From the NCBI GenBank assembly GCA_965233705.1, contig CBDDTF010000003.1, positions 1,662,997 through 1,686,996 of the forward strand: a stretch of DNA of 24,000 nt, read 5' to 3'. The stretch comes from Algihabitans sp. (GTDB taxonomy: Bacteria > Pseudomonadota > Alphaproteobacteria > Kiloniellales > DSM-21159). The position numbers and the translations under genes are program-made. The notes under the pieces are model-generated. The model saw only the letters and a list, made by a program, of their open reading frames with translations, was not told where the DNA came from and ran no database searches. Below are positions 15,546 through 21,847 of this stretch, piece after piece; the first letter of the stretch is position 1, and each line of letters begins with the position of its first letter.

Positions 15546-15574
15546 AGAAGGGCGGAAACACGTTCCGCCCTTCT
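15546..15574 (-). terminator. Rho-independent terminator of the luxI-orf61 transcript
   Basis: AGAAGGGCGGAA-cgtgt-TTCCGCCCTTCT is a perfect 12-bp stem, followed on the minus strand by GTATTTCT. It lies 16 nt after the orf61 stop. Confidence 0.8.
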
Positions 15575-15590
15575 CAGAACAGCCGCCCTG

Positions 15591-15776
15591 TCAGTATCGG
15601 TCGTTTTTGCGAGGTGGTTTCACCGCATCCAATGCCGCCGCCGTCTCATCAAAACCGGCACGCCGTGCTTCATCCGCGAGATAGCGGATGCACCACGCAA
15701 GCCTGTCGGCTTCGGTGCGGGAAGGTTGCTCGCTGCCATACGGCGCAGACGCGGGCCATTCGGTATCGTGCATCAT
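15591..15776 (-). CDS. Hypothetical 61-aa protein translationally coupled to the AHL synthase
   Basis: ATGA overlap with the luxI-family stop, GC-rich third codon positions, and a terminator directly downstream. No recognisable domain. Confidence 0.5.
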   Translation of the reverse strand: MMHDTEWPASAPYGSEQPSRTEADRLAWCIRYLADEARRAGFDETAAALDAVKPPRKNDRY

Positions 15777-16450
15777 GCCGCAACCCTTTCCGTGCGAAGC
15801 TCATCAAGGTTGGCGATGACGGAACCCGTTGCGCCGGCGCGAGCGCGGACACGCGCGAGGTAGGCAGGCGATACCTCCAGCCACTCGGCCGCCGCCGTGT
15901 CGGTGCCGGTCTCCATCGTTCCGCCCAAGCGGACGGGGTTCCATCCGGCTCGGCGCATGATCGGCTCCATGCGGATGTCCGACACGGACACATAGGCACG
16001 CAAGCCAGCGTACTGGCCGAACTCCAACATGCCGGCCATGAGGATGGCCGCGATGTTGCCCGGAGCCGTGGTTTGGTCGGCACAGAAGCGGGTGCTCTCC
16101 CAGATGTCATGCGTGCGCGGCATGTCGGCGTCTACCAGCTCGGGGAATACGTCGGCCAGGAGATACGGGCCTGTCGTCGGCAAGAGCCGGGTGCAGGCGT
16201 TCACGCGGCCGTCCGGCGCGTAGTGAACCAGATAGTGCGCCTCGGGCAGGTCGAACTGGTCGAGCTCCAGCCCGTTGACGACGGTGACATCCCAGCCAAG
16301 CCGCTCCCTGAAGACACTCCGGCGGAGCTGGTGCATGGACGCGAGCGCATCCCAATGCAGGTGCGCGTTCTCTTTCGATATGATGTGAAGCAATGGCTTC
16401 CCTCCCAATTTGTTTGGGAGCATTGAGCCAGAGAACGAAGCGCCTGCCAT
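15773..16450 (-). CDS. LuxI-family acyl-homoserine-lactone synthase
   Basis: MHQLRRSVFRERLGWDV...ELDQFD...RLLPTTGPYLLADVFPEL...IWESTRFC is the canonical autoinducer-synthase block. The start is uncertain: ATG 16450 has GGAGG 8 nt upstream, ATG 16423 fits family length better, and the ORF track starts at GTG 16465. Confidence 0.9.
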   Translation of the reverse strand: MAGASFSGSMLPNKLGGKPLLHIISKENAHLHWDALASMHQLRRSVFRERLGWDVTVVNGLELDQFDLPEAHYLVHYAPDGRVNACTRLLPTTGPYLLADVFPELVDADMPRTHDIWESTRFCADQTTAPGNIAAILMAGMLEFGQYAGLRAYVSVSDIRMEPIMRRAGWNPVRLGGTMETGTDTAAAEWLEVSPAYLARVRARAGATGSVIANLDELRTERVAA

Positions 16451-16467
16451 CCTGTCAACCTCCACAG
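16451..16467 (-). promoter_or_regulatory. lux-box-like palindrome CTGTGGAGGTTGACAGG (copy 1)
   Basis: CTG-N10-CAG architecture, with an exact 17-mer copy at 18288-18304. It lies immediately upstream of, and overlaps the SD of, the luxI-family gene. Confidence 0.45.
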
Positions 16468-16489
16468 GTTACTGGCAAGTAAAGCGCAT

Positions 16490-17248
16490 TCAGGGCGCGA
16501 TGATGCCTTCCATGATCGCCTTCATCACGGCGTGATAGACGTTCGCCACGCCCATCTTGGAGCGGACGTTCGCCAAGTGAAAATAGACCGTGCGCTCGGA
16601 TATCCCGAGTATCTGAGCGGTCTGCCAGGCCGATTTCCCGGCGGCGGTCCAGAGCAGGCACTCGCGCTCGCGCGGCGTCAGGCTGACGGTGGTGCGCCCC
16701 ATGCGGCCAAGCGCGAGCAACTCGCGAGCGTGATTGTGGAAGGCGAGCGACAACAGGTGCACGTCCTGCCCCACCGTGGACATGAGCCGGTCGAGCCCCT
16801 CGGCGCCATGATCGGAAACCATGGACGCCATCGCGAGCGCGCCGCGCGCGCCGTGGATCGGGATACCGACGCCCTCACCAACTCCGAACTCGGCCGCCTC
16901 CGCGAAAAGGCGTCGTTGTTCCGGTGAGGGATCGATGCCGAAGGACATCTCGCTCCATGTGAAAGGGGCCACCTGGCTCGGTCCTTTCAGGATGACCGGA
17001 TCGACGCGATGATAGTCGTTGTCGATGTAGTGGTTGTACCAGGCATCGGAGAAAGTGGTGAGGATGAGCGGCTTCTCGTCCGGCAGCGCATCGGCGTGGA
17101 TGACCTGATAGGCCCACTCTCGAAAGCCGAGATCCCAGAGCGCTTTCGAGAACGCAGCTTCGAGCGACGCCACGTCTTCAACGTGGCGTATCTGGTCAAG
17201 GAAAGCGATGACAGTCGGCCGGATGCGTGACCCCTCCTCGCATGGCAT
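16490..17248 (-). CDS. LuxR-family AHL-responsive transcriptional regulator
   Basis: It has an N-terminal autoinducer-binding-like domain (WAYQVIH...DPV...W...) and a C-terminal LuxR HTH: LTPRERECLLWTAAGKSAWQTAQILGISERTVYFHLANVRSKMGV. Confidence 0.88.
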   Translation of the reverse strand: MPCEEGSRIRPTVIAFLDQIRHVEDVASLEAAFSKALWDLGFREWAYQVIHADALPDEKPLILTTFSDAWYNHYIDNDYHRVDPVILKGPSQVAPFTWSEMSFGIDPSPEQRRLFAEAAEFGVGEGVGIPIHGARGALAMASMVSDHGAEGLDRLMSTVGQDVHLLSLAFHNHARELLALGRMGRTTVSLTPRERECLLWTAAGKSAWQTAQILGISERTVYFHLANVRSKMGVANVYHAVMKAIMEGIIAP

Positions 17249-17276
17249 TTGCAGAATACTTATGGGTAGCGCCGAA

Positions 17277-17296
17277 AATTCGTGAAATGACGAATT
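17277..17296. promoter_or_regulatory. Inverted repeat AATTCGT-gaaatg-ACGAATT in the luxR/parA divergent region
   Basis: Perfect 7-bp arms with a 6-nt spacer. Confidence 0.4.
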
Positions 17297-17309
17297 GTGT
17301 ATGTCATCA

Positions 17310-17335
17310 TTTATCGAAATCGTCCTTTCGATAAA
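17310..17335. promoter_or_regulatory. Inverted repeat TTTATCGAAA-tcgtcc-TTTCGATAAA just upstream of parA
   Basis: Perfect 10-bp arms with a 6-nt spacer, 23 nt upstream of the parA ATG. Candidate partition-operon operator or centromere-like site. Confidence 0.45.
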
Positions 17336-17358
17336 AACAACAACAAGAAAGATCGGAC

Positions 17359-18012
17359 ATGACTCTTTTCATTGGAACCATTTCTCAGAAAGGTGGCGTC
17401 GGCAAAAGCACGCTGGCCCGCCTCATCGCGCGTGAATATGCGCTTGCCGGCTGGAACGTGAAGATCGCGGACCTCGATATCCAGCAGGGCACCAGCTTCA
17501 ATTGGCAGGCGCGTCGTCTTCAGCGCAGCGTCGAGCCGGTGGTCGCGGTCGAACGCTTCGGCACGGTCGGCCAGGCCGTGAAGGCGGCGGCCGGCTACGA
17601 TCTTATGATCCTCGATGGCCCACCGCACGCGACGATGGGCACGCTCCAGATTGCCGAAGCCAGCACGCTTGTCGTGCTGCCGAGCGGTCTCGCGCTCGAT
17701 GACCTGGAGCCGACCGTCCTGCTCGCGCATGAACTGATCAGAAAGGGCGTCCCCGCCGACAGGATCGCCATCGCCTTCTGCCGCGTCGGCGATAGCGAGG
17801 GCGAGCTTGCCGAGGCCAGCGCCTATGTGCACCAGGCTGGATACCGGCACCTGACAAATGTGCTGCCGGAGAAAACGGCCTTCCGCCGCGCCAGCGACGA
17901 CGGCCGCGCGCCGACCGAAACGCGCTTCCCATCTCTGAACGAACGGGCGGAAGCCATAGCGCAAGAGATTGCCGATCTGGTTCAGGACCGCAGTAACAAG
18001 GAGGCCGCATAA
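17359..18012 (+). CDS. parA: ParA-family partition ATPase (small, type Ib-like)
   Basis: Deviant Walker A ISQKGGVGKSTLA and Walker A' MILDGPP. 217 aa. Confidence 0.88.
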   Translation: MTLFIGTISQKGGVGKSTLARLIAREYALAGWNVKIADLDIQQGTSFNWQARRLQRSVEPVVAVERFGTVGQAVKAAAGYDLMILDGPPHATMGTLQIAEASTLVVLPSGLALDDLEPTVLLAHELIRKGVPADRIAIAFCRVGDSEGELAEASAYVHQAGYRHLTNVLPEKTAFRRASDDGRAPTETRFPSLNERAEAIAQEIADLVQDRSNKEAA

Positions 18013-18013
18013 G

Positions 18014-18241
18014 ATGACTAAGATCATGCCTCCCCACCGAACCGGCAAAGGGCTTCCGCCCGCACCGGCACAGGTCGTCCATAACCTCGACCGCGCCGAG
18101 GCCGGCACATTGAAGCCGCTCAATTTCAAGGTCAGCCCCGAGTTTCACCGCGAGTTCAAAGCCTACGCGGCCGTTCACGGCGTCTCGATGCTGGACATAT
18201 TGAAAGAGGGGTTCGCGCTCGTGAAACAGCGGCGCGGATAA
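18014..18241 (+). CDS. Small ribbon-helix-helix ParG-like partner of ParA
   Basis: The start is set at ATG 18014, 1 nt after the parA stop. The C-terminal LNFKVSPEFHREFKAYAAVHGVSMLDILKEGF is a typical RHH (beta strand plus two helices) with a disordered basic N-terminal tail. Confidence 0.65.
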   Translation: MTKIMPPHRTGKGLPPAPAQVVHNLDRAEAGTLKPLNFKVSPEFHREFKAYAAVHGVSMLDILKEGFALVKQRRG

Positions 18242-18287
18242 AGAAATAACGAAATCGCTATATAGGTATTTATTTCACAAAAACAAG

Positions 18288-18304
18288 CTGTGGAGGTTGA
18301 CAGG
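18288..18304 (+). promoter_or_regulatory. lux-box-like palindrome CTGTGGAGGTTGACAGG (copy 2)
   Basis: Exact 17-mer copy of 16451-16467, in the AT-rich intergenic region about 210 nt upstream of traG. Confidence 0.45.
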
Positions 18305-18363
18305 TTACGCTGTGAATACTCCATACCAATAACATTATCAGGAAGGCGTTGCCGACCCCTCAT

Positions 18364-18389
18364 TTGGCAAAGTCGTCAATAGGGAATGC
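18364..18389 (+). repeat. Direct repeat unit 1: TTGGCAAAGT-N7-AGGGAATGC
   Basis: It shares both 10-mer and 9-mer blocks with 18483-18510. Confidence 0.5.
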
Positions 18390-18482
18390 GACGAACGGGA
18401 TCGGCAACACTTCCATTATTGTCTCATTCGAAACGAATTACCACACGTCAGCCAATGTAATTTTCCGCCGCCCCATAAACCC

Positions 18483-18510
18483 TTGGCAAAGTTAACTACC
18501 AAGGGAATGC
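18483..18510 (+). repeat. Direct repeat unit 2: TTGGCAAAGT-N9-AGGGAATGC, abutting the traG start
   Basis: The same two blocks as 18364-18389. The second block supplies the traG SD region. Confidence 0.5.
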
Positions 18511-18513
18511 ACC

Positions 18514-20109
18514 ATGGGGCATCTACGTCTTCTGTGGCGCCTCGTCAGGCTTGTCCTCGTCGAGCTGCCTATCTGCCTGCTTATCGCAGCGCTCATCTGG
18601 TCCATCATCGACAATCTCACTTATGGCACTGATCGGCTGCTCGTCCTCGGCACGGCCGGGGTGGTGGCCTTCGCGGCGATCCTCTTCTTCGCCAGCCGCC
18701 TCTTCCGCCGACCGAGCGATGCGCACGGCACGGCCGCCTTTGCGACGCCGGCCGACATCGGCCGCGCTGGCCTGCGGTCACGCGGCGTCATCCTCGGCAA
18801 GAAGGGCGGACGTTTCGTCCGCTTCGACCGGCCGGGCCACCTGCTCACCTTCGCGCCAACCCGCTCGGGCAAAGGCGTCGGTGTCGTCATCCCCAACCTG
18901 CTCGACCATCCGGGCTCGGTGGTGGTGACGGACATCAAGGGCGAGAACTACCGCATCACAGCGCGGCACCGCGGCACGCTTGGGCCGGTGCATGCGTTCG
19001 CGCCTTTCGATCCGGACATCGAAAGCGCCTGCTACAACCCGGTCGAGTTCATCCGTACTGGCACCGTCAACGATGTGGACGATGCGCGGCTGATTGCAGA
19101 AATGATCGTGGCTCCCGATGGTCACGAGCCGAACCACTGGGAGCGCGAGGCACGGGTGCTTGTCACCGGGCTGCTGCTCCATATCGCCCATGACCTGCCG
19201 CCCGGCCGCCGGAACCTGCGCGAGCTTCGAGTTCTGCTGATGCGCTCGCGCGAAGGCTTCGACGGCGTGCTCGCCGGCATGGCCGATGCCAAACACCCCA
19301 TCGTGCAGCGTATCGCACAAGGGTTCTCGCAGAAGGAGGACAAGGAGCGCTCGGCCGTCATATCGACGGCGCAGACGCGGACGGAGGTGTTCGACAGCCC
19401 GCAGCTCGGGGCGATCACCAGCCGCTCCACCTTCCGGCTGGAAGACCTGAAGAACGGCGTCATGTCGGTCTTCCTGATCATCCCGCCCGAGTACGTCTCC
19501 GTCTACCAGCCCTTCCTGCGTCTGATGGTCGGTCTCACCACGGCCGCGATGACGCGGAACAAGCGGATACCCCGGCATCCGGTGCTGTTCCTGCTCGATG
19601 AGCTGCCCGCCCTCGGGCCGATGCGGCCGATCGAGGACGGCATCGGCTACCTGGCCGGATACGGAGCGCACCTGTGGCTGTTCGTCCAAGACCTCGACCA
19701 GCTCCAGAAGACCTATCGGAAGTGGCGCTCGATGATCGCCAACTGCGCGGTGCGGCAAGCCTTCAACGTCCAGGACGATGAGACGGCGCTGTTGCTCTCG
19801 CTGATGCTCGGCCAACGCACCGTGAAGGTCTCCAGCGGCGGCAAGAGCGGGCGTTTCCCGTTCCTGGGGTTGGCGTCCAACTACAGCGAGCACCACAGCG
19901 AGATTGGACGGCCACTGCTGGCGCCGTCCGAAATCATGCTGCTGCCGGAGAGCTGCCAGCTCCTGTTCGTGCAGGGCTGCCGCCCGATCCTGGCGCAGAA
20001 GCTCCGCTACTTCGAGGAGCGGGCATTCAAGGGGCGCTGGACGCCCTGGCGGATGGAAGCGGCGGAGGACGACCCCGGTGCGCTCATATCCGCCGACATG
20101 ATGAAATAA
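18514..20109 (+). CDS. traG: Type IV secretion coupling protein (TraG/VirD4 family)
   Basis: Two N-terminal TM helices, Walker A APTRSGKGVGVVIPN and Walker B VLFLLDELPALG, plus the typical GAHLWLFVQDLDQL block. Confidence 0.9.
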   Translation: MGHLRLLWRLVRLVLVELPICLLIAALIWSIIDNLTYGTDRLLVLGTAGVVAFAAILFFASRLFRRPSDAHGTAAFATPADIGRAGLRSRGVILGKKGGRFVRFDRPGHLLTFAPTRSGKGVGVVIPNLLDHPGSVVVTDIKGENYRITARHRGTLGPVHAFAPFDPDIESACYNPVEFIRTGTVNDVDDARLIAEMIVAPDGHEPNHWEREARVLVTGLLLHIAHDLPPGRRNLRELRVLLMRSREGFDGVLAGMADAKHPIVQRIAQGFSQKEDKERSAVISTAQTRTEVFDSPQLGAITSRSTFRLEDLKNGVMSVFLIIPPEYVSVYQPFLRLMVGLTTAAMTRNKRIPRHPVLFLLDELPALGPMRPIEDGIGYLAGYGAHLWLFVQDLDQLQKTYRKWRSMIANCAVRQAFNVQDDETALLLSLMLGQRTVKVSSGGKSGRFPFLGLASNYSEHHSEIGRPLLAPSEIMLLPESCQLLFVQGCRPILAQKLRYFEERAFKGRWTPWRMEAAEDDPGALISADMMK

Positions 20110-20124
20110 CGAAAGGATGAAAGG

Positions 20125-20484
20125 ATGAAATCGTTTAATCACGATATCGGCGCGACTGCCTTCTTCGGACTGCTCGTTGCCACGGTCTTGGCCGTCCCGC
20201 TCGCTGCGTTCCTGCATCGCGACGCGCACGGGAGCCCGATGGAGCTGCCCCGCTGCGACGAAGCGCGCTCTTTGGATCAGGTTCGCGCCGCTCTCGAAGG
20301 GCAAAACGGCAGCGTCGTTCTCGGCCTCTACAACGCCATCGAACACAGCGACGGCAGAAACACCGACATCAGGCGCTGTACCGCGATAGCGGTCACGGCC
20401 GAACGCGAGACCGTCATCGGGTTTTCAGTCGGCTGGGACGACCGTCGGAACGGCCTGCCGTTCTGGACGGGGGACGGACTGTGA
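20125..20484 (+). CDS. Hypothetical small membrane-anchored or secreted protein
   Basis: 119 aa with an N-terminal hydrophobic segment ATAFFGLLVATVLAVPLAAFL and two Cys residues. It starts 16 nt after traG. No recognisable domain. Confidence 0.45.
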   Translation: MKSFNHDIGATAFFGLLVATVLAVPLAAFLHRDAHGSPMELPRCDEARSLDQVRAALEGQNGSVVLGLYNAIEHSDGRNTDIRRCTAIAVTAERETVIGFSVGWDDRRNGLPFWTGDGL

Positions 20485-20530
20485 ATCTCAATAGGAGCCT
20501 GCTTCGTAGACAGGCTCAGCAGACCGCCAT

Positions 20531-21766
20531 TTATATGAGGTGCGCAAGGATGTTTTGTGGGTTCCGGCAGGCAGCTAGTAAACCATTATACCAGACTGCC
20601 AGTGGATACTGCGGATCATTCGATACCTCCAGCTCATTGGCCGCCTTCAGATCGCTGACAAGAGCCGGAGCGACATGACCCTTCCCGCTCATGCGACTCG
20701 CATCCCCAGGCAGAGTCTTGAACAGTTGGTATGTCCAGTTGTCACTTCTGAAGGGTAACGGGTCTTGATCATCATTCGCCCAATCGATCACGACAGTCGG
20801 ACGGTGTCTGTTTCGGATTTCGGAGAACAGGGCATTAAGGTGCAAGTCGCCGAAGCCATAGCCCAGGAACAATAAACAATCGGCTTCATGCACAAGACGG
20901 TTGACCTGGGCAAAGTAGGTTCGGAATGGCTGCCTCAGAATTTGCTGTGTCTTGCCGTAGCCCGCGACGAAGGGTGACATCGAGTAGGTCGTCCCCTCCA
21001 CCGAGTCTTGGCTGTTTCGACCGGAGGCATGCACTTCATGTCCCTTAGAAGGAGTGACAGCCCATTTGATGCCGTGCATATCGTGGGCAACGCCTGTCAT
21101 AGCAAAATGGACAGAGCCGTGCAGATGATAGATGAAACCCCAGTTCCTACGATCAAGAACTGACAACGGGTCGAACTCTCCCGTAGCGGCATCAAAGCCG
21201 GTATGTAGTCCCGGACATGCCTGCGTGAACACGTTGTCGTAGTTCAGTGTAATAATACCAATATCGAACCGCTCTTTCAGGGCATCCAGAAATGCCTTCA
21301 ACTCCGCAATCTCATTTTGCTTCGTTCTGCTGACTTGTTCGCAGGCATCGATAAAGTGATCGACCAAGGCGTCCATTAAGCTGGCCGTCAAGGTTCGGAG
21401 CACACCGCCGTCTACGGGCTTTTGCGTTCGGCCAAACTCCAAAACATCGGGAAGGACGTTGGGCGCCAGAAGTGCGTTGGAGCCATGGAGCGAATAGGGA
21501 TCGGACAGATAGGGGACTAGGAGATTGAGCTGATACAGCACCTCTTCAAAGTTCACCCACGCACGCAGAGCCGGCTTGGGTGCCTTGGCATAATAGCCTT
21601 GGATCGCATCTCGACAGTATCGGTATAGATTGGTCGTCGGGTCGGAAGCTAGCGGGTGTAGTCGGCCTGCGCACTGATCAAGAAGCGCATCAACACCGGA
21701 AACCGATGGCAGGTCAAAGTCGATGGACGCGCCAGCCCCAACGGTGATCAAAAGCTTCTTTCTCAT
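20531..21766 (-). CDS. Standalone SIR2-family (SIR2_2-like) protein, predicted NAD+-consuming defence effector
   Basis: LLITVGAGASIDFDLPS (GAGxS NAD-binding loop), IITLNYDNVF (catalytic Asn block), IYHLHGSV (catalytic His block) and LLFLGYGFGDLHL (end of SIR2_2 fold). Strong SD GGGGGGAGATAAT-ATG. GC is visibly lower than in flanking genes. Confidence 0.8.
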   Translation of the reverse strand: MRKKLLITVGAGASIDFDLPSVSGVDALLDQCAGRLHPLASDPTTNLYRYCRDAIQGYYAKAPKPALRAWVNFEEVLYQLNLLVPYLSDPYSLHGSNALLAPNVLPDVLEFGRTQKPVDGGVLRTLTASLMDALVDHFIDACEQVSRTKQNEIAELKAFLDALKERFDIGIITLNYDNVFTQACPGLHTGFDAATGEFDPLSVLDRRNWGFIYHLHGSVHFAMTGVAHDMHGIKWAVTPSKGHEVHASGRNSQDSVEGTTYSMSPFVAGYGKTQQILRQPFRTYFAQVNRLVHEADCLLFLGYGFGDLHLNALFSEIRNRHRPTVVIDWANDDQDPLPFRSDNWTYQLFKTLPGDASRMSGKGHVAPALVSDLKAANELEVSNDPQYPLAVWYNGLLAACRNPQNILAHLI

Positions 21767-21847
21767 ATTATCTCCCCCCAGCGCACAAGCCCAATCCGAG
21801 ATGCGACGATGAGCTTGTTAGATTTACATCGTTCAAGGTAGCAACCA

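Noticed and set aside
15478-15561. Longer 218-aa version of the serine recombinase
   Set aside because: The extension would be translated through the 12-bp-stem terminator of the luxI operon. It would also add a non-conserved leader before the canonical (V/M)xIGYARVST N-terminus.
15614-16426. 270-aa plus-strand ORF, plus nested minus-strand ORFs in 15670-16458
   Set aside because: They overlap the LuxI-family gene, which has unambiguous family motifs. The alternatives are Arg/Pro/Gly-rich shadow frames.
18386-18460. 24-codon mini-ORF (MRRTGSATLPLLSHSKRITTRQPM) as a traG leader peptide
   Set aside because: It is only suggested by the duplicated AGGGAATGC block, and there is no independent evidence of translation. 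It is mentioned under the repeat finding rather than annotated.
18778-20346. 522-aa minus-strand ORF
   Set aside because: It is antisense to traG, which has Walker A/B and TM helices. Its composition is Arg/Ala/Gly-rich with no motifs, so it is a shadow ORF.
20495-20517. Hairpin GAGCCTG-N9-CAGGCTC between the convergent orf119 and SIR2 genes, as a bidirectional terminator
   Set aside because: It has only a 7-bp stem, a large loop and no T-tract on either side, which is too weak to annotate.
20531-21766. Calling the SIR2 gene a Thoeris ThsA
   Set aside because: There is no TIR (ThsB) gene anywhere in the window. The region after the SIR2 fold is too short and unlike a SLOG domain as far as I can judge, so the gene is kept as a standalone SIR2.
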